Shown here one piece after another: positions 46,581 to 56,136 of a stretch of DNA of 64,000 nucleotides. The DNA is taken from the IMG/VR virus record IMGVR_UViG_3300039106_000282, positions 791-64,790 of that record; one strand, given 5' to 3'. The stretch comes from a virus. Its lineage: Duplodnaviria; Caudoviricetes. The number at the start of each line of letters is the position of its first letter. Position 1 is the first letter of the stretch. Below the pieces are notes generated by a model that was not told the origin of the DNA, ran no database searches, and was given only the letters and a program-made list of their open reading frames with translations. The translations under genes were made by a program, and so were the position numbers.

Positions 46581-47411
46581 TTAAGCAGCTGTAGCTGTGT
46601 AGTAACTTGAGATACCAAAGTTCAATTTTACCAATACTTCAGTATATTGAGTAAGAACGATGGTGGCTGACGCAGGGATAGTAACAATTGATGCTACGTT
46701 TAAAGAGATAGAAGTACCTCCAACGGCTACAGCAGTTGTTACAAACGAGCCTGTTTCTACAACTTGACCATTTGCTGCAATAAATGCTACGCCAGAACCA
46801 GCAGGAATAGCTACAGGACTAGCAGGGATAGTAATAGTTGTAGTCGTAGTAGATGTACTAGGTACACTTAAAACTACTGCTGTTTCACCAACTACATCTA
46901 ATACACGTACAGGTAAAGTTGAAGTTGTAGCAGGAGCCCCTGATGCAACAACCGCTAATACTGCATTAGCTGAGTTACCAGTATTTGCATTGCCTGTATT
47001 GTCAATCATAGCCATATTCTGACCAATCATTGCTTTACTAGTTGCGCCAATAACAGTAGTACCAGAACAAACAGCTGCTTTAAATACTGTATCTGGGTCA
47101 TCAGCAATAATTGCAACAGCATCACCAGCTAAAGTATTTGCAGGCCAGTATTGGCTGTACATTTTTTGTTTAGTAGTAGGGTTAGTATACGAACAACCCA
47201 AAAATACACCTGTAGAACCGGCAGTTGCAGTTGAACCCACTGTAGCGCGATTAGCAAAACCACGAGCTAAAGAAACAACATCACCGTAATAGATGCTTGT
47301 AGCGTAACCATATTGAATATCATACTCACGAGTAGAACCCGCAAACACTTGACCACCAATTAGATTTACGGGTTTTAAGCCGTAAGGCGCACTTACTGTA
47401 GGGTAAGCCAT
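46581..47411 (-). CDS. capsid-associated (decoration/cement) protein
   Basis: APYGLKPV...I.YGD.V...GVF.GC.Y...DDP; directly upstream of the major capsid gene. Confidence 0.7.
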   Translation of the reverse strand: MAYPTVSAPYGLKPVNLIGGQVFAGSTREYDIQYGYATSIYYGDVVSLARGFANRATVGSTATAGSTGVFLGCSYTNPTTKQKMYSQYWPANTLAGDAVAIIADDPDTVFKAAVCSGTTVIGATSKAMIGQNMAMIDNTGNANTGNSANAVLAVVASGAPATTSTLPVRVLDVVGETAVVLSVPSTSTTTTTITIPASPVAIPAGSGVAFIAANGQVVETGSFVTTAVAVGGTSISLNVASIVTIPASATIVLTQYTEVLVKLNFGISSYYTATAA

Positions 47412-47432
47412 TTAAACCTCCAAAAATATTAA

Positions 47433-47891
47433 TTAAGTACCTTTACCAAAGGTAACTTTAGAGCTTCTCTCTTTAAAGATAGGCATTCTTGAGTCACTTT
47501 GACGCATTAAATTATTATCTACAGCTTCTGCTTGCTGGCTTGTAATGTTAGCAAAGTGTTGTGCACGCTGCTCCATAAACTCAGCTGGAATCTTGCAAAG
47601 TAATAATCCGCCTACTTCGATATTGTCTTTAAAACGACTATTCGGGTCGGCTAACAGTCTAAATTTAGGTTGTTCGCTCATTGTAACGGGTTCCCAGCCT
47701 TGTCTTAGATTTGACGCTAAGTTGCTTGGGTCACTGTTATTTAATGTTGCTACGCGAATCCATCTATATGCAAACCCAGCCTCTTTGTCAGGCTCAGGGA
47801 GCAATTCTGGTTGCATCCACTGCTTAGGACGCTCCACAAGTGCACGGGTTTCTAGTTCACGAGTTGTTCTTGCATTTGTATTATCTGCCAT
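47433..47891 (-). CDS. conserved head-module protein
   Basis: YRWIR, GWEPV, IEVGGLLLCKIP. Confidence 0.7.
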   Translation of the reverse strand: MADNTNARTTRELETRALVERPKQWMQPELLPEPDKEAGFAYRWIRVATLNNSDPSNLASNLRQGWEPVTMSEQPKFRLLADPNSRFKDNIEVGGLLLCKIPAEFMEQRAQHFANITSQQAEAVDNNLMRQSDSRMPIFKERSSKVTFGKGT

Positions 47892-48828
47892 TTTGGTTCT
47901 CCAAGGCTAAAGCTGCTTTCGCATATTGTTCAGGGGTTAAGCCAAATTTCTTTGCTAGGTTGACCTGGCTCTGAGTTAACTTTATCTTTGTTGCTGATGT
48001 ACTTCTCGAAGCGGGTGCGACTACGTTTGACGGTCTGCCCCTACTCGGTTTTCTATCTTCGGTTTCACCAAAATACTCGCTAAAACGTCTACGTATTGTT
48101 TTGTCCAACACGTTGTAATATTCTTTAGAGCCTACTGGTACGCCTTCGTCTACAAGTTTTGCATGAAGTCCAAGGGCTGCACTGGTCATTTCTTTGTCTT
48201 GACCAAACCACTCATTTCTATCTTGCCAATCCAATGCCTTCTCGTCAGGCTGTGGGACTTGTGGAGCTGAAGGGCGTTGTAGCCTTTCTTGCGCCTGTTG
48301 TACCTCATAATCAGGTGTTTGTAAAGTACCTAGTTGCGCATTTTGTGCTTGAGCTAATTTCATATTAGCTAGTTGCATCTGCTCTTGAGCTTCAACAATA
48401 CCGTCAGAGTCCCCTACTTCAAAGGCATCACGGTATGCTCTCTTAGCTGAATCAAGTTCTCTCTGTGCCAAAATACGCATTGTTGACACATATTCTTTTT
48501 CACCGTTACCTAAAACATTGTTAACGCGTTGGTTTTCTTGGAGCAGTCGTTGCGCTACCGCAACAGCCTCTCTATGCTCACGTTGAGCCGCTTCTTTCTC
48601 TCTACGCTCGTCATGATAGACTTTGCGCATTTGTTTTAAGCGTTGTTGTGCTTTTGCATCATAGGAGTCTAGTTCGTCATCTTCTAGTTCGTCTACAATG
48701 TGTTTAGGCATAGGCTCCCGACCACGGTCTTCTTCGGGGGTATCATCCTCAATTTCAATCTCGATATTATCGTCGTTATCGTCTATTTCATCGGGAAATT
48801 TATATTCTGTTCTTTCAAAATCTGCCAT
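47881..48828 (-). CDS. capsid scaffolding protein
   Basis: Acidic N-terminus, coiled coil, W...N.WFG, C-terminal LT.SQV.LAKKFGLTPEQYA. Confidence 0.75.
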   Translation of the reverse strand: MADFERTEYKFPDEIDDNDDNIEIEIEDDTPEEDRGREPMPKHIVDELEDDELDSYDAKAQQRLKQMRKVYHDERREKEAAQREHREAVAVAQRLLQENQRVNNVLGNGEKEYVSTMRILAQRELDSAKRAYRDAFEVGDSDGIVEAQEQMQLANMKLAQAQNAQLGTLQTPDYEVQQAQERLQRPSAPQVPQPDEKALDWQDRNEWFGQDKEMTSAALGLHAKLVDEGVPVGSKEYYNVLDKTIRRRFSEYFGETEDRKPSRGRPSNVVAPASRSTSATKIKLTQSQVNLAKKFGLTPEQYAKAALALENQNGR

Positions 48829-48837
48829 AGTCTTGTC

Positions 48838-49254
48838 CTATTTGCGTGAGATGCCGCGTGGGTCGAGTACAACTGCTTCTACCGAATCATCATTGATAAG
48901 ACGGAATTCTCTACCGTGAATGAGTAAGCGTGAGCCTGAGTTGGGGCGTACTAAAATAAAGTCGCCTTCTTTACACCATGCACCGCTAGGGAATTTGTTT
49001 GTGTCTTTATAAGCTTCTGGACCTAATGCAACAACAAATAATACGGTGGTAAGTACTTCTTCATTACGCATCGTGATATCAGCTTTGGCGATACCACCTT
49101 CATATTCTTTGTCTGCTTCTGGAATAGCACATAGGATTCTGTATCCTGATGGCATTGGGAGTTGCGTTGCTTTTTCTTCGTTAGTAGCCTCTGTTTCGTA
49201 GCTACCAACAACTTGTGGATTTTTGGGGTTTGACCCAATTAAAATCTTGGACAT
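48838..49254 (-). CDS. groES: GroES-like co-chaperonin (Cpn10)
   Basis: P.GYRIL, GGI, VVALGP.AY, WCKEGDFIL...SG, FRLINDDSVEAVV. Confidence 0.85.
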   Translation of the reverse strand: MSKILIGSNPKNPQVVGSYETEATNEEKATQLPMPSGYRILCAIPEADKEYEGGIAKADITMRNEEVLTTVLFVVALGPEAYKDTNKFPSGAWCKEGDFILVRPNSGSRLLIHGREFRLINDDSVEAVVLDPRGISRK

Positions 49255-49346
49255 TTTGTTTCCTGTTTGTGGGATTAAAATATGCCGTCTTTCCGTGCTG
49301 TCATCGAACGATTTCTAAAAAACCCCGAAGCGAAAGGCCATGTTAT

Positions 49347-49526
49347 CTAATCTTCTAATTTATCCTTCATATCAAGTACATAACCGCGAGCCGTTTGAAG
49401 CCCTCGTATCTCACCGCACATTTGCTTATACGTTTCCATTGAGTCAATACGCTCAGAACACACAGCGTCTTTAAGCTGTATAACTTTCTCATCAATGTGC
49501 TTAAGCACTACATCAAACGCGTCCAT
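49347..49526 (-). CDS. small helical protein (59 aa)
   Basis: MDAFDVVLKHIDEK...YKQMCGEIRGL...; typical position between portal and groES. Confidence 0.7.
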   Translation of the reverse strand: MDAFDVVLKHIDEKVIQLKDAVCSERIDSMETYKQMCGEIRGLQTARGYVLDMKDKLED

Positions 49527-52303
49527 TATTCTTCACCTTTCTTAGGTTTCTTTGGTTGAGCTTTAGCTTGACGTGCTTGATGATCACGGTCTAGTGTAGA
49601 TTGATATTGTTGATGCGTCATATCCATATTTTTATGCTGTGTTTGTTGTTCACGACTAGCAGCAGATTCATACCCTTTGTGCGCAATATCTACAATCTTA
49701 TTTTGAGAGTCATGGTCTCTTTCTAACGATTTCTGGTAAGCCTCATGCATCATCTTAGCTTTACTTTCTTCCGCTTTAGCTGTCATATCGCCCGCATTTT
49801 TAAGCGTGTCTATCTGTTGCTGCTTGTTTCTAGTCGTCATTTCAGCGGCATTTTTAAGTGTATTTACTTGGAGTTTTTGAGCTTCCATCACTTGTTTGCC
49901 TTGGTCTAATGTTTGTTTTAACCCAAGTTGCGCTGCGTTTTTAAGAACGTCTACTTCACGTTGCTTGTCTGCTGTAGCTGTTTGCGCTGCAATACGCTCA
50001 CGGTCTACTTGAATTTGCTGCATTTTAACTTGAATCTCAGCTTGGTCTCTTTGCGCTTTGTTTTGAATCTCTTGCGATTTAAGCTGTAACTCTTGCATCT
50101 GCATCTGAATTAGCGGGTCTTGAGCTTGTTGCTGTGCTTTCTGCTGCGCCGCAGCCGCTTGGTTCTGTTGAAGTAGTTGGTTTGCCGCTTGTGCAAGTAG
50201 TGGTGCTAGAGCCGCTTCTATTTCTGGATTCTGTTTAACTTCTTCGCCTTCCTCGTCCTCTTGTGGAGGCATTTGCATACCTAGTTGAGTCTCAACATCT
50301 TTTCTATACTGGAACCCTAAGTGCTCTGCTACGTGTGCCATTACCGCAGACTGAATCTGTGGAAGCACAGGGTTGCCTTGCAACGTAGCCATAATCTTGG
50401 GGTCTTGCATCATTGCCATATGAACGGCAATGTGAGCATTGTGGTCTTGGTTAAGGAACGCTTTGACAGGTTTTAACTTGAGGATATTCTGATTCTCAGA
50501 CACGGGGTCTACAGGGAATTTATCTTCTTCTAATGGAACCAGCTTTTGCGCATCCTTAATCCCCAAAGCATCAAGCATCTGGCGGTGAAGAATGGGCAGG
50601 TTGTAAAGTTGAGGTGCCCCTTGCGCAAGTTGAAGTACCGCTTGGTACTGTACGATTTTCTGAGCCATCGTAGACGCATTAGGGTCAGATACAGGGATAA
50701 CTTCTGTGGTATCGTAGTCAGACTTTTTGGCTTTTCTACTTCCTTCTTCAGGGTCGTAGTCGTAATCCTCCGGTGCGTAAGCTGCAATAATCCCTTTAAG
50801 GAGACCAAGCTCTTGCTTCATTGAGTAATGAACACGTGCCTGAACAGCAGTAATAACTTTAAGCGTACGCTCTAAAATAGCAAGTGTCGTCCCTACAGGC
50901 GCATTGCCCGACATATCAGATACTTGCAAGTCCGCCGCGTTAGCAAAGCGTCTACCTTCTTCTACAATCTGATTAAGCAGGGCCATCAATGTTTGTGATG
51001 GTTCTTTGTAAGGTAGTGGAAGCAGGTTATCTCGAATTGTACCGCTGGGTACATCTACATCGCGCCACTCTCCAGGAGAGATAGGAGTATCATCTCCTTT
51101 AATACGCATACCACGCGCTTTAAACCCGCCAGGCAGATTACTTAGCGTGCCTGCATCAACCAGTTGTCTAATAAGAGAAGTACCGGACTTAGCAAATGCG
51201 CCAATAAGATGAATAAGGCCAAAGCAATAAAAGCCAAACCCAGGGACATACCCATAATGAACAAAATGTTGTCGTTTGGTGTAGGTTTCATCATCGGGCT
51301 CCCAGTTACGTCTAATGGATAGAATCTCTTGACTTCCTTTCTCGATTGTCACTACATAAGGTAGTGCAATCCCAGTCTCTTCGCCATCTTCGTCTGTATG
51401 CTCAAATCCTGGAAGGTCGAGGTCAACGTGCATCTCAAGGACTTTATATCGGTCATCAGACGTTGCACTAAAGCCCATCTTCTCAGCAATTTTCTTCTCA
51501 ACGTCATCAAGCTGACTACTAGGCTCACCTAAGTCAATATCGCGGTAAAATCCCGCTACCTGAAGCCTACGCATATCATTTTCAGTCTTACGCATAACAT
51601 GAGTTACACGCTCTGCTGTTTCTAAGTTAGATGCACCATAAGGTACAACCATGTCTTCAGCAGGAACAAATAGCGATGTTTGGCGGTTTAATTTTGGGTC
51701 AAAGTACACTTTTTTAAATGCATTACCAGATAGCCCAAGACCCCAAAGCATACGCTCATGCTCAGGTCTGTACTCAGTCATCACGTCTAAAAGCTGGTGA
51801 TTCATGTCGTCTTGAACACGTACCGCCGCTTCCTTCTTGCTAGAAGTCTCTTTACCGATAATCTTTGTTTTGACAGGACCCATAGACGGGAATGTCGCCA
51901 TCATAGTCTCAGCTTGGAACTTAACTAATGCTTCACTAAGTAGGGGGTGATGCACGCCACACGCGCCATCCCAAGGCTCAGTACGCTCTTCAATCTTCAT
52001 ACCGAGCAGCTCTAAACCATCTGTATAGGTTGTAATCCAATCTTTACGAGAAGCCACGTCATCATCAAAATCAGACAACAAATCTGCTGCAATAGACGAA
52101 AGCTCCCCATCATCTAGGAGTTCAGCTAAGTTCTCATCAAACTCTTCGTCCGTTTCTTCTTTAGGATCAAAGTCAATCTCCATTCCACCCATTGCAATAT
52201 GCAGTGACTCTGGGTCGTCAATTTCAATCTCGATGTCAGGTTCTTCTCCGCCGAGTAAGGACTCAAGTCCTAGCGGTGCTTGGTTTAGGCTTTTATCAAA
52301 CAT
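49526..52303 (-). CDS. portal protein with long Gln-rich C-terminal coiled coil
   Basis: SRKDW, PWDGACGV.HP, FKKVYFD, GFY.FGL.H, DAGTLSNLP; follows TerL. Confidence 0.9.
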   Translation of the reverse strand: MFDKSLNQAPLGLESLLGGEEPDIEIEIDDPESLHIAMGGMEIDFDPKEETDEEFDENLAELLDDGELSSIAADLLSDFDDDVASRKDWITTYTDGLELLGMKIEERTEPWDGACGVHHPLLSEALVKFQAETMMATFPSMGPVKTKIIGKETSSKKEAAVRVQDDMNHQLLDVMTEYRPEHERMLWGLGLSGNAFKKVYFDPKLNRQTSLFVPAEDMVVPYGASNLETAERVTHVMRKTENDMRRLQVAGFYRDIDLGEPSSQLDDVEKKIAEKMGFSATSDDRYKVLEMHVDLDLPGFEHTDEDGEETGIALPYVVTIEKGSQEILSIRRNWEPDDETYTKRQHFVHYGYVPGFGFYCFGLIHLIGAFAKSGTSLIRQLVDAGTLSNLPGGFKARGMRIKGDDTPISPGEWRDVDVPSGTIRDNLLPLPYKEPSQTLMALLNQIVEEGRRFANAADLQVSDMSGNAPVGTTLAILERTLKVITAVQARVHYSMKQELGLLKGIIAAYAPEDYDYDPEEGSRKAKKSDYDTTEVIPVSDPNASTMAQKIVQYQAVLQLAQGAPQLYNLPILHRQMLDALGIKDAQKLVPLEEDKFPVDPVSENQNILKLKPVKAFLNQDHNAHIAVHMAMMQDPKIMATLQGNPVLPQIQSAVMAHVAEHLGFQYRKDVETQLGMQMPPQEDEEGEEVKQNPEIEAALAPLLAQAANQLLQQNQAAAAQQKAQQQAQDPLIQMQMQELQLKSQEIQNKAQRDQAEIQVKMQQIQVDRERIAAQTATADKQREVDVLKNAAQLGLKQTLDQGKQVMEAQKLQVNTLKNAAEMTTRNKQQQIDTLKNAGDMTAKAEESKAKMMHEAYQKSLERDHDSQNKIVDIAHKGYESAASREQQTQHKNMDMTHQQYQSTLDRDHQARQAKAQPKKPKKGEE

Positions 52304-52321
52304 TTAGTTTCTCTGCTGTTG

Positions 52322-53818
52322 TTAGTAATATGCATTGCGCCGTGATGACCGCCCTCTAAACTCTCGCTCTGGTTCTGGCTCATCCAGATTAGTTGAAATA
52401 AACCCGCCTTTTCTAAACCTCGCCATCGCCATTGACACGGTATCCACATAGTCATCGTGTTGCCCTGCGGGAAATGATGCTACCTCTTCGATAACCTCGT
52501 CCGCAAATCGTGTGTTCGGTGCCCATACTCTACCAGAGTGAAATAAGTCTGCAACCGCATTAAGCCTAGATATCTTATCGTTACCTCTTGTAGGCGTAAA
52601 TTCCATCACTGGAATACCCATTGCACGTAGCTCATATATAAGTGGCGCACCAGACGCTTTCTTTTCTACGATTATACTATCAGGTTGCCAATAGTTATAG
52701 TCATCCAGCACAACTTGCTTAAGTTCGGGGAACTCATACCGCCCACGTTTCGCATCAAGCATAATAATGTTAGCTTGCATCACACCATTCTCGTTGTCTT
52801 GGTAGAACACGCCCCACACAGTACACGCACTATAGTCAGCCCGCTGCGACTTTTCAAACGCCGTATCCCAAGTCATCAATATAAAGTCTGTTGGAGGCGG
52901 GTCTTCCTTGGTCCATTTCTGCCACCATTCTCGTTTAACTATCGCACCCTCTTCAGAGGTCGGGTCTTGCTGATACTGCGCCTGCCACTTGGACACGTCA
53001 ATCGCATCCCGTGTTGCTTCTAATTCCTCAAGACTCCAGAACTCAGGCCACAGCGGTTTACCCGATGGTAATATGGCAGGGAACTCTACTACTCTCCAAT
53101 TCTCGTTGCCTCTCTGCATCGCCGCTTCAAGCACTTGTCCCGTCAGGTCTCTTTTTGACCAACGAGTCTGGATGATGATTATGGCTCCACCAGGCTGGAG
53201 ACGCTGACGCGGACCAGACGTGTACCACTCGTACACTTTATCGTAAATCTCAGGATTACTCGCCGCTATCGCCGCTTCTTGTTCACTGTGCGGGTCGTCA
53301 ATTATCAGCAGGTCAGCACCTTTACCAGTTACTGCACCACCTACCCCGATAGCAAAATAGTCACCACCTGCACTGGTGTTCCATCTACCCGCCGCCTTCG
53401 AGTCAGACCGCAAACCCACATTAGGGAATACTTCTTGATACGCAGGAGAGTCTACTAAGTTACGCACTTTACGACCAAAGCCCACCGCAAGGTCAGCTGT
53501 ATGCGAGCACTGAATGACTTTTTTATTAGGGAACCGACCTAAAAACCAAGCTGGCAAAAGGTACGACCCAAACTCACTCTTTGTATGACGTGGACCTAAG
53601 TTAATTATGAGTCGTTTGCACTCGCCTCTGGCTACACGCTCAAACTCTGAGGCTATCCTTGCATGATGCCGACCATATATAAAGTCAGGCCACACTGACT
53701 GCACAAACGCTAAGAAGTCAGTCTGTGCTTTTTCTCTCTCTTTTCTGCGGGTAAGCTCACGCACAAGCTCTGCTAGGCGCTCTTTATCTGATGGAGGTAT
53801 GTGAGCTAACTTACTCAT
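52322..53818 (-). CDS. terL: terminase large subunit
   Basis: PRHTKS Walker A, GKGADLLIIDDP, QTRW, YQQ.P, WDTA, IVEKKASG, FP.G.HDDYVD. Confidence 0.95.
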   Translation of the reverse strand: MSKLAHIPPSDKERLAELVRELTRRKEREKAQTDFLAFVQSVWPDFIYGRHHARIASEFERVARGECKRLIINLGPRHTKSEFGSYLLPAWFLGRFPNKKVIQCSHTADLAVGFGRKVRNLVDSPAYQEVFPNVGLRSDSKAAGRWNTSAGGDYFAIGVGGAVTGKGADLLIIDDPHSEQEAAIAASNPEIYDKVYEWYTSGPRQRLQPGGAIIIIQTRWSKRDLTGQVLEAAMQRGNENWRVVEFPAILPSGKPLWPEFWSLEELEATRDAIDVSKWQAQYQQDPTSEEGAIVKREWWQKWTKEDPPPTDFILMTWDTAFEKSQRADYSACTVWGVFYQDNENGVMQANIIMLDAKRGRYEFPELKQVVLDDYNYWQPDSIIVEKKASGAPLIYELRAMGIPVMEFTPTRGNDKISRLNAVADLFHSGRVWAPNTRFADEVIEEVASFPAGQHDDYVDTVSMAMARFRKGGFISTNLDEPEPEREFRGRSSRRNAYY

Positions 53819-54446
53819 CCTCTACCTCTTCAAACTCCTCTTCTTTAGCACCACCTTTAAGCTCTTCATCGGAAATCTGCTCGTACTGCACATCAATTGA
53901 GCCAAGTTCACCACCAACCGAGTACGTGGACATCAACTCATTAAGCTCTGTCTCTAGGTCGCCTGTCGGTTTATCTGCAGCAGCTACCTCTACTTTTGTC
54001 GTAAAGAGCCCAATTTCAGTTACCTTACCTAACATCTCAACCGCCTTAATTTGAAGTTTTGGGTCTTCGTTTTCGGCAAGTTCAAACAGTTTAAAAAGCA
54101 CATATTGACGCATCTTGTTTGTAGAATTTGCCAATGTATAGTCAAAACGCTTTAAAAGTTTGTCGAGCGCTTTCGCCGCACCGGGTGTGGTAGGTGCAGG
54201 AGGTGCATCAGGCTGTTCTAAAAATATATTTAAAGCTTCATTTTTCTCTGCATAAGTTAATTGCGGTTCTGGCAAAGGGGGCATCCCCTGTGCATCTAGG
54301 AATGTGGGGTCTTTGAAGGCTTCTTTTGCGTTGAGTCTTCGTTTTGTAGCCTCACTAGGGGCGGTGTGTCCGCATACAGTGGAAAAATCAAAGGGCTCGA
54401 CCTCATCAAAATCCACGAAATCATCGTATTCGTCTTCTATCTGCAT
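53811..54446 (-). CDS. terS: terminase small subunit (putative)
   Basis: Directly upstream of TerL; IKAVEMLGKV.EIGLF motif. Confidence 0.65.
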   Translation of the reverse strand: MQIEDEYDDFVDFDEVEPFDFSTVCGHTAPSEATKRRLNAKEAFKDPTFLDAQGMPPLPEPQLTYAEKNEALNIFLEQPDAPPAPTTPGAAKALDKLLKRFDYTLANSTNKMRQYVLFKLFELAENEDPKLQIKAVEMLGKVTEIGLFTTKVEVAAADKPTGDLETELNELMSTYSVGGELGSIDVQYEQISDEELKGGAKEEEFEEVEDE

Positions 54447-54734
54447 ATTCTTTCTTTGTTATAAACATACATGAGCACATAGCTTACCCTACTTTGTAAA
54501 TTTTTTGTGAAAAATTTTTTTGATGGGCGTTTATATAAGTGACGGGGGGTGTTTGTATAACCTTGTGCGTTATGTGGGATTAGGGCGATTTGGTAGAAGT
54601 GGAGCTACAACGTGTGGAATAGTATGTATATAAATCCGTGGGACTCCGAACTATATAAATGGGGGGTGGGGGTCGTTGTGTCCTGAATATGCCCCCTGTT
54701 TGAAATATGTAGCATGATGTTTTTACCGTGTTTT

Positions 54735-54841
54735 ATACATATAGCATACATATAGCATACATATAGCATACATATAGCATACATATAGCATACATATAGC
54801 ATACATATAGCATACATATAGCATACATATAGCATACATAT
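54735..54841. repeat. perfect 11-bp tandem repeat ATACATATAGC, 9 full copies plus 8 bp
   Basis: Counted directly from the sequence. Confidence 0.97.
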
Positions 54842-54868
54842 CTATTCCGTACACGTGTACGGAATAGA
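54841..54868. repeat. perfect 28-bp palindrome; copy 1 of the ATTCCGTAC-N4-GTACGGAAT family
   Basis: TCTATTCCGTACACGTGTACGGAATAGA equals its own reverse complement. Confidence 0.95.
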
Positions 54869-54936
54869 ATGCGCATTGACTGCGGTTTACTTGTATAACT
54901 AAGTTATTGTTTTATAACGCTATCTAAAATAAAGGG

Positions 54937-54965
54937 TTTACACGGGTTGCCATTAGTGGTATTCT
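54937..54965 (+). promoter_or_regulatory. sigma70-type early promoter
   Basis: TTTACA-17 bp-TATTCT upstream of the gene at 55021. Confidence 0.6.
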
Positions 54966-55020
54966 ATAAGTCCCTTAGGGGAATTAACTTTATTTTTTTA
55001 CTTTTTATAGGATTATCATC

Positions 55021-55974
55021 ATGAACATTAAAACTGAAATAAAAACACTCGATACAAGCGCGACATTGTTTAACTTTCTACAAGCGTTAGATTTTGCCGA
55101 TAATGCGGAAATTACACGCTTTAATGAAACTGAAAAGGCTTTAGGATTATTGAAACTGTTACGCGGGCAATTTACCACGTTACAACATGGTAATTCTACG
55201 GGCGCGGCTAACGTTGGCGAATTGCCTAACTGTATATATAAGCCCGTTATTCAATCATTATATGACACGAAAAAAATAAATGCGGAATTAGAAAACCGCG
55301 GATTTAATTTAAACTTTGAGGGCTATCGCGATAACCAAGTACGTCAATTAAAGTACTATATTGAAACGGGCGAGCTGTTTAACCGTAAAAAAGAGACTTT
55401 ACAAGAACGTGCAATGGTAGCAATCGACAAACTAGAGGGGAAATTGAAAGCCGAACAGGCTAAACTTGCTAAAGCGGTAAAGGCTAAAGCGGACGCGGAC
55501 GCGGCTAAAGCTAAAGCGGACGCGGACGCGGCTAAAGCTAAAGCGGACGCGGACGCGGTTATAATTGAAGTCTCAAATTTAATCGATAGCAACCCAATCC
55601 ACGCGGACGCGGTAAAAAATGAATTAGCGGGTATAGTGGACGCGGTAAAAGCGGACGTTGTAAAAGCGGACGCGGTAAAAGCGGACGCGGTAAAGATAGC
55701 CGATAAAGCTCAAACCACAAAAGATAAAGCGGACGCGGACGTCGATAAAACAAAAAAGGAATTAGACAAGGTTAAGGCTAAACTCGCATCACTTTCCGCG
55801 CCTAAAGCGGAAAACAACAAAAACGAACCTAAGTTAGATTTTAAGATTTTAAACTTTTCAAAAGACTGTAAAGACACGGCAGCGTCGATTCTCGAAGAGT
55901 TAGAACGTGAGGCAACAAGCGCACCCGAATTACTATATCTAGCTAAGCTGATTTTAGATAAGTATAACAAGTAG
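55021..55974 (+). CDS. first early protein with Lys/Ala/Asp (KADA) repeat coiled coil
   Basis: 317 aa, AGGA RBS, own promoter and terminator; 27-bp tandem repeat at 55483-55557. Confidence 0.8.
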   Translation: MNIKTEIKTLDTSATLFNFLQALDFADNAEITRFNETEKALGLLKLLRGQFTTLQHGNSTGAANVGELPNCIYKPVIQSLYDTKKINAELENRGFNLNFEGYRDNQVRQLKYYIETGELFNRKKETLQERAMVAIDKLEGKLKAEQAKLAKAVKAKADADAAKAKADADAAKAKADADAVIIEVSNLIDSNPIHADAVKNELAGIVDAVKADVVKADAVKADAVKIADKAQTTKDKADADVDKTKKELDKVKAKLASLSAPKAENNKNEPKLDFKILNFSKDCKDTAASILEELEREATSAPELLYLAKLILDKYNK

Positions 55975-55985
55975 TATGCTACATT

Positions 55986-56009
55986 AAGCCCCCGTAAGGG
56001 GGCTTTTTT
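55986..56009 (+). terminator. Rho-independent terminator
   Basis: AAGCCCCC-GTAA-GGGGGCTT-TTTT. Confidence 0.88.
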
Positions 56010-56026
56010 ACGCCTAAAATTTAACA

Positions 56027-56048
56027 ATTCCGTACACGTGTACGGAAT
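56027..56048. promoter_or_regulatory. palindromic site copy 2
   Basis: ATTCCGTAC-ACGT-GTACGGAAT. Confidence 0.8.
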
Positions 56049-56051
56049 CAA

Positions 56052-56076
56052 ACCGTCGAAAGACGGTATTTTTTTG
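56052..56076 (+). terminator. second terminator-like hairpin (GAAA tetraloop)
   Basis: ACCGTC-GAAA-GACGGT followed by ATTTTTTT. Confidence 0.65.
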
Positions 56077-56136
56077 TCTAAAATTTAGTATATATATAAA
56101 ATAATTTAACACCCGCCGCACAAAATGCGGTCATTT

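Noticed and set aside
15444-54054. Numerous + strand ORFs antisense to virion genes (and - strand ORFs antisense to replication/early genes)
   Set aside because: They are shadow frames of well-supported genes, with no RBS or recognisable motifs.
54605-54835. 76-aa ORF MLYVCYMYAIC...
   Set aside because: It is simply the translation of the 11-bp tandem repeat, with no RBS.
54841-54868. Protelomerase (telRL-like) hairpin-end site
   Set aside because: No protelomerase or tyrosine recombinase was recognised, and the motif occurs six times rather than once.
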